Source of the DNA: Octopus sinensis
Lineage: Eukaryota
NCBI RefSeq assembly: GCF_006345805.1
Contig: NW_021834271.1
Coordinates: 1-50,192, forward strand
Length of the DNA stretch: 50,192 nt
Direction of reading: 5' to 3'
Under the pieces are notes generated by a model. That model ran no database searches. It was given only the letters and a program-made list of their open reading frames with translations, and had not been told where the DNA came from. The position numbers and the translations under genes were made by a program. Positions 23,829 through 36,668 of this stretch are shown here, one piece after another. Each line of letters starts with the position of its first letter. Position 1 is the first letter of the stretch.

Positions 23829-24079
23829 ATGCGCCCTTTTCAAGCCTAGCCAGGCTCATGGGCCCGGTTTCCCGGTTTACTCAAGAAACAGGAAGAAAGA
23901 GCGAAAGAAAGTTGGAGCGAAAGAGCACAACAGGGGTCGCTACCACGCCCTGCTGGAGCATCGTGGAACTTCAGATGTTTTCGCTCAATAAACGCACACA
24001 ATGCCTGGTCTGGGAATCGAAACCGCGATCCTCTGACCGTGAGTCCGCTGCCCTAACCACTGGGCCATTGCGCCGCCAC
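23829..24079 (-). mobile_element. SINE family C-related copy
   Basis: tRNA-like head GTGGCGGCGCAATGGCCCAGTGG...GGTTTCGATTCC and tail GAAACCGGGCCCATGAGCCTGGC shared with 179-487. Confidence 0.85.
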
Positions 24080-24281
24080 ATATATATACTCTTTTACTTG
24101 TTTCAGTCATTCTATGCACGCGCACTAAATGCATATTTACACAAGCATATAGACGCAAACATGACTTATGTCCGTACATACATACATATTCGTACATGGA
24201 TTGAAAGTCGGTTTGCACTCTGGCCCAGTGGCTGTTCCCAAAACACACAAACACACACAATATATATATGTGTGTATACAT

Positions 24282-24335
<54 letters not shown>

Positions 24336-25545
24336 ATATATATACACTATTAAATACTTACATACATATATATATGTGTGTGTGTGTAGTACACAATATA
24401 TATGTGTGTATGTATATATATATATGTTTACACACAATCTATGAATATATATAAATACGCATGTATGTTTGTATGTGTATATATGTTGGTAGGCATTTGT
24501 GTATATGAATGTGCTCGTATGGATGGATGGATGGATGGATGGGTGTAGAGATTTTGGATTGATATATAATGACGAAAGCGCAGCCATTAATTTCCAATGG
24601 TGAGCGCCATTATGGCTACAACCTTACCCATACAATGTGTGTTGCGGCCGTTTTAGACGATGGCACGCTCTTGTCGATGGTGTCGACGTGGATGAATTTT
24701 GTACTGGTGGTAGTAGTGGTGGTGGTGGTGATGTCGGTAGAAGTTTTGACGTAATTGTAATGGTGTATCTATTTTTGCTCGTTAGTGACTGACATATATG
24801 GATCGTATATATTTAAGGCAATCTCTCTTTCTCTATATGCTTCTCTCTCTCCCCTATCTCTCCATTTCTCTCTCTCTCACTCTCTCTCTCTCCATATATA
24901 TATATATGTATATGTACATATATCTATATGTGTGTATGTATATATGTATGTGTGTATATCTATATGTATATATATATGTGTATGTATATATATGTGTGTG
25001 TATATATATATTTGTGTGTATATCTATATGTATGTATGTACGTATGTATGTATGTATATATGTATGTATGCATGTATGTATATATGTATATATGTAGGTA
25101 TGTATGTATGTATGTATGTATGTTTGCATGCATGTATGTATATGTGTGCGTGTCTATTTGTGTGCGTGCACACAAAGAGAGTACAAGCAGAGGCAGAGAA
25201 GTAAATATACACGTGGATGTTATATATATATATTTATCCATGTACAAAAGTTACTAACGAGGAAAACTAACAACGCCATTATTATTACACAAACACCACC
25301 AACAGCACCACCACCTATACTATCAATCGGAACCTTCCCCATTACCGCCACTGCCACCATCAATGCCATCCTGAAGAAATACACCATTATTTGTACGTAG
25401 AACTAGTATTTAAGAACGAATTATAAAGACAACAGATATTTAAATGGACAGACTGAGATGTAGTCAAGTTGACAAGTGCACAAGGAGGCAAGTGAACAGA
25501 TTGATGAGTTTCAGACGCAGACGACATGCTTACTTGATAATGAAC

Positions 25546-25578
<33 letters not shown>

Positions 25579-25594
25579 TAGACAGATAGGTAGA

Positions 25595-25827
25595 AAGGTG
25601 GCGAGCTGGCAGAAACGTTAGCACGCCGGGCAAAATGCGTAGTCGTATTTCGTCTGCCGTTACGTTCTGAGTTCAAATTCCGCCGAGGTCGACTTTGCCT
25701 ATCATCCTTTCGGGGTCGCTAAATTAAGTACCAGTTACGCACTGGGGTCGATGTAATTGACTTAATCTGTTTGTCTGTCCTTGTTTGTCCCCTCTGTGTT
25801 TAGCCCCTTGTGGGTAGTAAAGAAATA
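25595..25827 (+). mobile_element. SINE family B, full length
   Basis: AAGGTGGCGAGCTGGCAG...GGGTAGTAAAGAAATA. Confidence 0.9.
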
Positions 25828-25834
25828 GATATAT

Positions 25835-25968
25835 CCCTATTGACCATTTTCTTTTTTTACGATCCCTTTTGATCGAAAACCTACCCCCCTTTTTTCTCCC
25901 CAAAAAGAAAAGCTCTACTTTGTAATTTGTCCTCTCTGTGTTCAGCCCTGCGTGGCTAATAAAGAAAC
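25835..25968 (+). mobile_element. Tx1-like LINE 3' UTR fragment ending in (TATC)n
   Basis: GATCGAAAACCT...AAAAGAAAAGCTCTAC...AGCCCTGCGTGGCTAATAAAGAAAC matches the sense strand of 14305-14450; (TATC)n follows at 25970-26064. Confidence 0.85.
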
Positions 25969-25969
25969 A

Positions 25970-26066
<97 letters not shown>

Positions 26067-26139
26067 AGTAAGTAATTCTACTTAGCTATAAAAGGACAAA
26101 TAACTGCCAGAATATGTCAAGTCTAAAAAAAAAACCTAC

Positions 26140-26265
26140 TGGGGTTGATTTTAAGGTCGTCCTCCAGTAGGAATGGATTCCGTGATTGAAATAAATATGT
26201 CTGATGGCCGCAGGTTGGATAAGTCACTAAGTAACTACACGCGAACCAGTGATATGACATGTTGG
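26140..26265 (-). CDS. Candidate host-gene exon (126 nt, phase 1-1)
   Basis: Acceptor tttctgttttaccctctaaaag|, donor CCA|gtaggt, single open frame NMSYHWFACSYLVTYPTCGHQTYLFQSRNPFLLEDDLKINP. Confidence 0.4.
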
Positions 26266-27416
26266 CTTTTAGAGGGTAAAACAGAAATTACGTGTTAAAG
26301 TCCAAACGTTTCTGAAAGCTGAAAGTCAGAAGTATTGGTTAACATATATTTAGCAAGTTGCTAAATAATGCACTTTTGTTTCTGCAAGTTTTTTTAGATA
26401 CTTTCTTTTTTTTCGGTTACTTGTTTAATTGTCTTATATTTTTTTAGCAGTATGTGTTTAGTTTGATATATGTATGAAAGACAAATGCGTAGGATATAGT
26501 TTAAAGAAAACGATGAAGAAAAAGAATGAAAAGAAGATGAGAGAAAAGATAGTGAAGAGAAAGAAAAATGCTGTGAAAAAAATAAATGGTGGGATTGGAG
26601 ACGAAGATGCGGGAAGAAAGAAAGGAAGAGAGAAAAAAGCTAAGACTAAAAAAAAGCTAAGTCAGAAATACGCTACGTTGTATAGGAAGAATGCTAAGAA
26701 AAAAAAAAAAAACATACGAAGAGTGCAAAACTAGTTCAGGAGAAGAAAAAGAAAGTGGAAAAAGACATGAAAGAAAAGAAGAAAAAAACGAGAAGAAGAT
26801 TAAGTGATGAAAAAAAAGGAAATGAGAATTACGATAAATAGATCAAAAGAAATTAGAATAAAAATATGGTCGCCATTTTCTGTATAGTTATTCTTTAATA
26901 ACGAGAACAAACGAGATTTGGACACTATTTCTTTTGTGTTTTTAATTTTACGTTGGGCTGAAATGTTGGAACTTTCTTACGTCACTGCATTTGACGTTTT
27001 TGTTTTTGTTTGTATTTTTGAATTTTGTTTTTTCTTTTCTAAAAAAATTCTCCTATTCGTGTATTCTTGTATTCTTATTCAATTATAATCTACGATACTA
27101 CAATTCGTTTTAGAGATTGCTGATATAGTAATGACAATTTTTTTTTCATATTTGCAATAATTACCGTAAAGCTAAAATACAAATACAACAAAAACCAAAA
27201 AAAAAAAAAAACACTTAAAACAGAAAAAAATGCAAATATAAGAAGCAAGCAATAATAACCAAAAAAAAACAAGGAGAAAACAAACAATAAATAAACATTA
27301 AAAAAATGATGACAGAAGGCAAATGTAAAACAATAAATCAAATAATACCATTCCGAAAATTAGAAAAAAGTATGTTTATTTCTCTATAAAACTGTAATAT
27401 TTTTCAATAATGAAAC

Positions 27417-27522
27417 CTTTGTAGGTGTTCAGTTTTCTAATTAGGTTTTCAATCATGCTCTCTTTTGATACAATTAACGTCTTTCTGATGTAAAGCTTTA
27501 GGTCTTCATGAAGAAAATTTTC
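27417..27522 (-). CDS. Candidate host-gene exon (106 nt, phase 0-1)
   Basis: Acceptor cttctctaaacttgttacacag|, frame ENFLHEDLKLYIRKTLIVSKESMIENLIRKLNTYK, donor AAG|gtttca. Phase matches 26140-26265. Confidence 0.4.
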
Positions 27523-28246
27523 CTGTGTAACAAGTTTAGAGAAGTACTAAAATACGGATATCTTCAATCATATTTCGTTTCCTCGTAACCTGAGTTCAGA
27601 TGACGTTCTGGTATTATCTTTCGTCTTTAGTTTTTTTCTTTTATTTTGACACGATACACGTATATAGTGATTTATGGTATATATCAGAATTTACACAAAG
27701 AATTTATATCACTCTAGCTATAAATGTGTAACACACACACAAACACACATGCCCACACACTTTATTTGTGCATTAAGGTTACCACTGGTTTTATGTTAAG
27801 AAAATATCCTTTCTGCAGAAGAGCGTAGGCTCGAAACGTTAAAGACTTTTTCACTTCCCGAGCGTTATACTAATACATCTGTTTGTTGTCTACACCACCT
27901 GTCTTCGTCTTTTGTTTTTTGTGTGAATTCTCCTTATATATATATGTATACTTACACATTTGTATGTGTGTATGTATTTGTATGTGTGTATGTATTTTTG
28001 TGATTCTAACTGAGCCGTGACTGTTTCCACAACAACGCGTTTAAACCGGCGTGTAGAATGCGTTTCTCAAAAGTCTAGAAGGCGACTAATCGAGTCGATA
28101 CAGAGATATCGGTAAAATGAGCACCAGAACCGAAATTAGAAAGCGGCAGATACGATCGACTAAACTCAGCTTGGCCATGGCCACAACAAAAGAAACCCAA
28201 TAAAAAAAAGTATCTCGACAGAGAATTTTACGACCTGAATATGTAC

Positions 28247-28357
28247 TTTCTCGCAGATTTCATTCTTGTCATTCCATCTCCATATCATAAAACAGTACAA
28301 GTATAACTCATCTCGTGATAATACTTTGTCATAGTATTGCGAAGCAGCGAACCTTTC
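28247..28357 (-). CDS. Candidate exon 3' part; acceptor unclear
   Basis: Open frame ERFAASQYYDKVLSRDELYLYCFMIWRWNDKNEICEK ending at the phase 0 donor |gtacat. No good polypyrimidine tract, so a nearby indel error is possible. Confidence 0.3.
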
Positions 28358-28598
28358 TCATGGCTATTTGTTTATTTATTATCGCATTTTGTGAATAATA
28401 ACAGCATTGTTAGAATAAGATACAGGTTTTCGACGAGACAATAAACGTTTCGCTGTATTTCTGACAGCGAGAGCAACAAGGGAAGCTCTGTAAAGTCGAT
28501 AAACAATACATGCCTCGATGGGCTTCAGTTGTCAATTACGATTTTTAAGCTCCCTCGTCGATGTCTATGTCCATCACTGATATATATATATATATATC

Positions 28599-28631
<33 letters not shown>

Positions 28632-28770
28632 TATGGATATATATATATATATATATGGATATATATATATATTATATTATATATATATATATAATATTAT
28701 ATATATATATATATGGATATATATATATATTATATATATATATATTATATATATATATATATAGATATAT

Positions 28771-28812
<42 letters not shown>

Positions 28813-28816
28813 ATAT

Positions 28817-28935
<119 letters not shown>

Positions 28936-28984
28936 GTGAATTGAAGAAATGGAGCTGAACGAAGATTGAACAGAAATCGTTTTA

Positions 28985-29073
28985 TTTCATTCTACACGTG
29001 TTTCGAAAGGCACAATTTACCAAAATCCGACTGAATAATGAGACCATATTGTGTCTTTCTCTTCAGGAAGAAA
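28985..29073 (-). ncRNA. Minimal type I hammerhead ribozyme
   Basis: TTTCTTC-CTGAAGA-GAAAGACACAA...TTGTGCCTTTC-GAAAC-ACGT-GTA-GAATGAAA: all core residues, stems I-III and a GUA cleavage triplet. Confidence 0.8.
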
Positions 29074-29461
29074 TAGGAAATCCGTTGGAAAAAACAAAAA
29101 CAGAACAGAGGCGGAGGAAAACAAATCGAACTAGGCCCCTAAGAGCCCATGGCAAAACTTGCCAACCTGCGCCAGCACACATATATAGAACAGTAAACAC
29201 ACACATGTCTCTAAGTAGATTTTTTCTCGCCCCTTATAATACATCCAATATTCCTTAAATAGTCAGAACTTTATTCTCGGTCACAAAGAACATCTACACA
29301 CCCTCACCCACAGGAATGACCGCTGCCTGACCCGTTAAAATCTTCAACCACCGGTTCTCAACATACACTGATAAACAGTTTTGCCATGGGCTCTTAGGAG
29401 CCTGTTCGATTTGTTTTGCTCCGCCTCTGTTCTGTTTTTGTTTTTTCCAACGGATTTCCTA

Positions 29462-29549
29462 TTTCTTCCTGAGAGAAAGACACAATATGGTCTCATTATT
29501 CAGTCGGATTTTGGTAAATTGTGCCTTTCGAAACACGTGTAGAATGAAA
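29462..29549 (+). ncRNA. Hammerhead copy with a 1 nt core deletion (CTGA-GA)
   Basis: Mirror of 28985-29073. The missing A may be a mutation or a consensus error. Confidence 0.6.
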
Positions 29550-29757
29550 TAAAACGATTTCTGTTCAATCTTCGTTCAGCTCCATTTCTTCAATTCACCA
29601 ATAATATTAAAATTCAATTATCCGCACCAACGCACGGTTGCAACACCATATGGTTGTACCTCCAACCGTGCTGTCTTCTGCTGTGATTTTTGCTACCAAG
29701 GTATCGGTTAAACTTTTGATTAATCTGCTACAAGATTATTCATCTTTCTATTCACAT

Positions 29758-29792
<35 letters not shown>

Positions 29793-29813
29793 GATATATA
29801 TATATATATATAG

Positions 29814-29860
<47 letters not shown>

Positions 29861-29974
29861 TATACATATAATATATACATATATATACATATACATACAT
29901 ATATATGTATGTATATATATATGTATATATAAATATATATAAATATATATAAATATATAGATACATATATATAT

Positions 29975-30005
<31 letters not shown>

Positions 30006-30614
30006 GTATATACATACACACACACATGCATACAAACTCACATATGCATACATATATATGTATATGTATATATATATAAAATATATTATATGTATGTGTG
30101 AGTTTGTATGCATATATATATGTGTGTGTATATATATATGTATCTATATATGTATATATATATATATAATATATATATATAATATAATATATATATATAT
30201 ATTTATATATACATATACATATATAAACACGCACACCACACACACAAACGCATATATATATATTGGCAAAAGGTATATAGTCACATACTCGAATCATATA
30301 CACACATAAAGAAACTAACAGATACACCACTCAAGTAGAGATATTCCCCCTCTCTTATACACACATAGGTTGCATGAATGTATGTATGTCATTATTCAAT
30401 TTTACTTGAAGATTTCTTGTCAATAGAGAAAGATCCCGTTTCTAACCTAGATCTAAGGTTCCTAAACTGGAATTTCAACAACATCAACAGGGTATTTTGG
30501 CATGTATATATGTACATGTGCAGTATTTAGTGTCGGTGTTTGTGCAGATTTGTATGTTTTGTTTTATGTATCCTAGTACATATAGTTACATGTCTAGACA
30601 TGCGCACATGAACG

Positions 30615-30950
30615 TATATGGTAAAGCTCTGGAAAATTTTACAAATTTTTACAGTTCCAGTGATGATTTCAGTCTGTAGTCAGCGTATCTTATTTCTCAT
30701 TTCTGGCTATGAGAAACCTAATTTCTCGTGATTGGCGCTTAGGCAGCCTATCACATATCCCAGTGCCCCAATAATTATAGGTACAAACCCGGGTAGAGTA
30801 AATGTAAGTTTCTCAATAGTTCAGGGTAGGTGTTTTCTTTTTCACTGTTCAGTCCTGATATCAATGTTAAAATCTGCTGGGCAGCTGTTTTCCATAGCTG
30901 TACACTGTCTCTTCTTTGTCCCAAATCACTATCTCTGGTCTATTACGTTT
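30615..30950 (-). mobile_element. RLE-type (R4/NeSL-like) LINE relic, restriction-like endonuclease region
   Basis: Frameshifted peptides NRPEIVIWDKEE, ...LLRNLHLLYPG, FVPIIIGALGYV and LQTEIITGTVKICKIF. Confidence 0.75.
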
Positions 30951-31089
30951 ACTTTTTATTGAAGCGCAAATAAATAAATGCATGTACGTAGATACACACA
31001 TCTCCTTGTGACACTAGAGGAAATGCTAAACAATACCTTTATGAAAAAAACGTCGAACCGGGAAGATATAAGTTGGCTTTATTGTTGTC

Positions 31090-31830
31090 TGTCGTATCCA
31101 ACTTCGAACGTGGTTTACATGTTTGATAGCAAACGACAAGATGATAGCTAATCCAAATATATGTTCTAAATCTTATGCTAGATCAAATATTGGGACGGAA
31201 TTACATAAGCTGATAACTACGAACCATTTTGTAAACATTGTGAAAACACTCATCTTGGATTATTACGTTGGACACGTCTGCAATAGGGTATAAATACAGC
31301 AAGCGCCATATTTCAACGTACCAAAGAAAATATTAGATGTCAACTGTAAAGTAATTTATTAGGATATTTATCTTGCTGGCCGCACCACTAATGGTCTAGA
31401 GCAAAAAGTAAAGGCAATTTTACAAAGACTCAGTTTCCATGCAATGGCTATTAACGAAAAGAAGAATGTATTTCATGAATAAGAATTAATCTTCCTAAGT
31501 TATATGATTTCCAAAACATGTATTTAACCAGACGATACGTCCGTGAAGAAATTAGACCTATAATTTCCAGACAGAAGGAAAGAATGGGAATAAGTTTTGG
31601 AAATGACTAATTTAAATGGTCGACTTATTCCAGAATATTCTGAAATAATGAATAGATTGTCAAATGTACGAAGGAAAGCGTTCCACGTTTTTGCGGAAGG
31701 GAAAAAAAAACACATACCGATCTGTTTGAGACATTAAACACGGAATTGGTTGAACCATAAATTGTACAGATATTTGATATAACAAAAGAAATTGTAGTTA
31801 TTACAGTTTTCAGCCAATATTAAGCAAACG
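31090..31830 (+). mobile_element. Highly degenerate Ty3/Gypsy pol (RT) relic
   Basis: THLGLLRWTRLQ*GINTASAIFQRT, LQRLSFHAMAINEKKNVF...ELIFLSYMIS and NGRLIPEYSEIMNRL...RRK, with stops and frameshifts. Confidence 0.75.
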
Positions 31831-31959
31831 CTGAATTGTCCCAGGAGGGTTGTTCAGTCCTGATATTATCACGTGGTCGATCTGAAATTGGAAGTGACTA
31901 CTCTGATATTGGTTTCAAATTTTGGTACAAGACCAGCTGGTTTGTGGGGTGGGGGGGTT

Positions 31960-32546
31960 AAACCGATTAAATCGACCTCAATGTTCAGCCGGTGTTTATT
32001 TTATCGGCTCGAAAGAATGAAAGGAAAATCGATCCAGGTGGAATTTGAACTCAGAATGTAAAGACCGATGAAATGGCGAAGTAACGATTCTGCCAGTTTG
32101 CCGCCTTGAAACAACTATTCTAATATTGAAAGAGAGAAAGGCAGCGAGCTGGCAGAAACGTTAGCACGCCGGGCGAAATGCATAATGGTATTTCGTCTGT
32201 CTTTACGTTTTGAGTTCAAATTCCGCCGAGGTCGACTTTGCCTTTCATCCTTTCGGGGTCGATTAAAGAAGTACCAGTGACGCACTGGGGTCGATATAAT
32301 CCGTTTGTATGCCCTCTCTGTGTTTATCCCCTTGTGGTAATAAAGAAATAGGTATTTCGTCTGCCGTTACGTTTTGAGTTCAAATTCCGCCGTGGTCGAC
32401 TTTGCCTTTCATCCTTACTTAATCGACCTCGAAAGGTTGAAAGGCAAAGTCGACCTCGTCGGAATTTGAACTCACAACGTAACGGCAGACGAAATACCGA
32501 TAAGCATTTCACCCGGCGTGCTAACGTTTCTGCCAGCTCGCCGCCT
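31960..32546. mobile_element. Cluster of family B SINEs (diverged -, full +, partial +, partial -)
   Basis: Family B blocks in both orientations; 32351-32498 forms a hairpin. Confidence 0.85.
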
Positions 32547-32679
32547 CGAGATTCTATATATTAAAAGGCAATAGAATCTTCCATGTTGATGTTCTACCTA
32601 GAATAAAAACCAATAAACCAATAACGTCATCATTTATTTATTGGGTGTAAACCAGATGTTCTGAAGATAGAAGACTTAC

Positions 32680-32709
32680 AGATTGAAACATAGAACGAAG
32701 TAGTTTTGT
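32680..32709 (-). other. Candidate 30 nt micro-exon
   Basis: Acceptor ttaatagttttag| and consensus donor |gtaagt; all three frames open. Confidence 0.2.
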
Positions 32710-33159
32710 CTAAAACTATTAATCAAATTAAAATGAATGGATAAAATAATTGCTCAGTAAGTGAAAGATTCTATAAAGCAATTACGAAAACATCTATTTT
32801 AAGCCGAAGTTGTTGCTTTTGTTGTTGTTGTTGTTGGTGCGATGGTGATGATGGTTGTGGTGATGATGGACTCAATTTTATCTCGAATCAGATTTCTAAG
32901 TATTTTAAAAGTTGGTTGAACAACACAACTTTTTGTTTTGTTTTGTTACTTAGACTGGTTGTTGTTTTTGTTATTGTTGCAGTTGTTGTTCTTGTTCTTG
33001 TTGTGATGGTAGGGCTGATGGTGGGGGTGGTGGTGAGGAGGAGGAGGAAGAAGGGGAAACGAAGAAATAGCAGTCAAATCTTCCTGAAATCAGATGCCTC
33101 CCTATTATAAAACTGGAAGTTTTTATAAAGTGACAGTTTTGTTCATATTTTGTCTGAAC

Positions 33160-33195
<36 letters not shown>

Positions 33196-33646
33196 CAAAG
33201 CAAAATAAAACGAGACAAAACAACAACATCAACATGAACCACAACAAAAAGAAAGCCAATATGATATCATAATTTACCTCCTTGATCAAAGCTGATCTGT
33301 AGCTTAACAACACCACCACCACCACCACCACCACCACCACCAACAACAACAACCAACATAACGATGCCACAATAGCAGCGGAGACGTTATTGCTGTTCTT
33401 GTGGTGTAGCAATAAACTTTCGCCAAGGTTGTGTACGAGGACATCCATTATGTAAGAAGCTGGACAGCCACTAGAAGCGTGGTTGCTCAGATATTTTAAT
33501 GATGTGAGAAATTACGTTCGAAATTACTCTAGATACTGACTGATTAAAGCCACATCAAAGGTTCTGCGCATACTTGACCAATTAAAGAAAAGCTATGGTG
33601 ACGAGACATGTCCATAATGCGGTTGATCTAAAGACTTGAATATTCA

Positions 33647-34047
33647 CTCTTTTACTTGTTTCAGTCATTTGACTGCGGCCATGTTGGAGCACCGCCTTTA
33701 GTCGAGCAACTCGACCCCGGGACTTATTCTTTGTAAGCCCAGTACTTATTCTATCGGTCTCTTTTGCCGAACCGCTAAGTGAGGGGGGGGCGTAAACACA
33801 CCAGCATCGGTTGTCAATCAATGCTAGGGGGACAAACACAGACACACAAACATATACACACACATACATATATATACATATATACGACAAGTTTCTTTCA
33901 GTTTCCGTCTACCAAATCCACTCACAAGGCATTGGTCGGCCCGGGGCTATAGCAGAAGACACTTGCCCAAGATGCCACGCAGTGGGACTGAACCCGGAAC
34001 CATGTGGTTGGTAAGCAAGCTACTTACCACACAGCCACTCCTGTGTC
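33647..34047 (-). mobile_element. SINE family A, full length
   Basis: Reverse complement of 3429-3895. Confidence 0.9.
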
Positions 34048-34719
34048 AAATTTTGTGGGATTTGTCACTGTTGTTGTAGGTTCGCAATATTCTTGTTGCT
34101 GTTTGTTGTTAAGCCGCAGATTGGCTCTGATGAAGGAGGTCAATCTTGATTAGAGTTGTGCCAACTATCACCGTGTCGGCTTTGTCTTTTTTCTCTTTAA
34201 CATTGTATAATTAAAACTATCAGTTTATAAATCTCACGAGTTTTTCAAGGAGGTATGATCTGATTTCAGAAGGATTTGACTGCTATTTTTTTTTTTTGCG
34301 TTTTCTCCGCCTCATTGTCATCAATCTTACCAACACATCAAGAATAACTACAACAACTATAGCAACAAGTCTAAGAACAACAACGACGAACAAAACAAAA
34401 CGAAAATAAAATGCTCGTGTACTTCAATCAACGCTAGAAATACTTAGAAATGCGATTCTAGATAAAAACTTTCACCACCACCACCACCACCACCACCACC
34501 ACCACCACCACCACCACCGCCATCGCAACGAAAGCAACATCAGCAAAAGTTTAAGATATAATAACATAACAGGTGCCAAAATGAAAAAAAAATAATACGA
34601 GTGCAGGAAACAGTAAATAAATGGCAAATGATGATAGTTGTAGCAAAAACAAGGATAGAATTTAGTGAAAGGAAAGAATATTTATTTGAACATCGAAATA
34701 TCAGGAATATTTGAATACA

Positions 34720-34722
34720 AAG

Positions 34723-34759
<37 letters not shown>

Positions 34760-34787
34760 AACAGCAACAACAACAACAACAACAACG

Positions 34788-34865
<78 letters not shown>
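34720..34865. repeat. (GAT)n-(AAC)n-(AAT)n compound trinucleotide microsatellite
   Basis: Direct reading. Confidence 0.97.
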
Positions 34866-34866
<1 letters not shown>

Positions 34867-34879
34867 CTTTATATTATAG

Positions 34880-35062
34880 GTACAAGGCCTGACATTTTGG
34901 GTGGAGGGGGCTAGTCGATTTTATCTACCCCAATGCGTAGCAGGTACTTATTTAATTGACCTCGAAAGAATTTAAGGCAAAGTCGATCTCGGCGGAATTT
35001 GAACTCAGAAGGTAAGGACGGACGAAATGCCGCTCAGTATTTTGCCCGGCTGTTAACGATTC
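34880..35062 (-). mobile_element. Diverged family B-related SINE
   Basis: AAGGCAAAGTCGATCTCGGCGGAATTTGAACTCAG block. Confidence 0.75.
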
Positions 35063-35094
35063 TCAAAAACCTTATCAAATCTAGACAGAAAATA

Positions 35095-35520
35095 GGCGCA
35101 GGAGTGGCTGTGTGGTAAGTAGCTTGCTAACCAACCACATGGTTCCGGGTTCAGTCCCACTGCGTGGCATCTTGGGCAAGTGTCTTCTGCTATAGCCCCG
35201 GGCCGACCAATGCCTTGTGAGTGGATTTGATAGACGGAAACTGAAAAGAAGCCTGTCGTATATATGTATATATATATATATGTGTGTTTGTGTGTATGTG
35301 TTTTTGTGTGTCTGTGTTTGTCTCCCTAGCATTGCTTGACAACCGATGCTGGTGTGTTTACGTCCCTGTAACTTAGCGGTTCGGCAAAAGAGACCGATAG
35401 AATAAGTACTGGGCTTAAAAAGAATAAGTCCCGGGGTCGATTTTCTCGACTAAAGGCGGTGCTCCAGCATGGCCGCAGTCAAATGACTGAAACAAGTAAA
35501 AGAGTAAAAGAGTAAAGAGA
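35095..35520 (+). mobile_element. SINE family A, full length
   Basis: Same as 3429-3895, with an (AGTAAA)-repeat tail. Confidence 0.9.
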
Positions 35521-35539
35521 AGAACTAGGAAGTAATTCA

Positions 35540-36270
35540 ATATGAATGTAAGTCTTCATCCTAGAGCAGGAGCAGCAAGATTGTATTTAGCTAGAAAGGA
35601 AGGTAGTAGAAGTTTAATAACAATAGAAAACTGTGTGTAGTTAGCTAGACTAGATAAAGCCTCCTATAGGTAATTGTGAGGACATTTTATTAAGAGCTGC
35701 TAGTATAAGAGCAGGAGATAAGGAAATCAAAAAATCAAATGTAGTTTAAAAATCAAGAAAAAGAGGCAAGATTATCTGATTAGCAAAGAAAAGCTTTGTA
35801 TGGTAGATTTCCAAAGATAGTGGCAGAAAAAGTAATAGAGAGATAAGGTTATGGTTGTAGAAAGGAAGGCTGAAAAGAGAAAAAGAAAGTTTGTTAGTAG
35901 CAGCACCAGATTAAGCATTGAGGACTAATTGGATAAAAGCCAAGACAGACAAAGATCAGGTGGATTCCCAATGTAGGCTATGTAAATCAAAGGAAGAATG
36001 TGTTACTCATATAGTTAGTGAATGTAGTTTGCTGGCACAGAAAGAATACAAGAAAAGACATGACAGTCTAGGGAGAATAATCCACTGGGAGTTATGTAGA
36101 AAGATAGGATTTGACCGTACTGATAAGTACGAACATAAAGTACTAAAGAGTAAGAAATATAAGATGTTCTGGTGTTTTAACTTTCTGACTGATAGAAGCT
36201 AGAAGGCTTGATTTAGTAGTAGTACAGAAAGAGAATAGAACGTACCAGATAATTGACTTTACAGTCCAAA
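35540..36270 (+). mobile_element. R4/Dong-like RLE LINE relic (thumb + CCHC region)
   Basis: LHPRAGAARLYLARKEG and ALRTNWIKAK...QCRLCKSKEECVTHIVSECSLLAQKEYKKRHDSLGRIIHWELC. Confidence 0.85.
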
Positions 36271-36284
36271 TGAAGGATGGGTAA

Positions 36285-36668
36285 GTCAATTAGATCGACT
36301 CCAGTGCGCAACTGGTACTTAATTTATCAACCCCGAAAGGATGAAAGGCAAAGTCGACCTCGGCTGAATTTGAACTCAGAACGTAACGGCAGACGAAATA
36401 CCGCTACGCATTTCGCCTGACGTGCTAACGTTTCTTATTTCTTTATTGCCTACAAGGGGCTAAACATAGAGGGGACAAACAAGGACAGACAAAGGGATTA
36501 AGTCTATTACATCGATCTCAGTGCGTAACTGGTACTTAATTTATCGATCCCGAAAGGATGAAAGGCAAAGTCGACCTCGGCGGAATTTGAACTCAGAACG
36601 TAACGGCAGACGAAATACCGCTAAGCATTTCGCCCGGCGTGCTAACGTTTCAGCCAGCTCGTCGCCTT
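36285..36668 (-). mobile_element. Tandem pair of family B SINEs
   Basis: Two consecutive reverse-complement copies joined near 36435. Confidence 0.9.

Noticed and set aside
24625-24760. Possible Thr/Pro-rich exon ending at gtaagg
   Set aside because: Mostly (ACC)n repeat and has no credible acceptor.
26170-26276. Plus-strand exon reading (GMDSVIEINMSDGRRLDK...)
   Set aside because: Weaker acceptor and no compatible plus-strand neighbours; the minus-strand reading fits better, though neither is proven.
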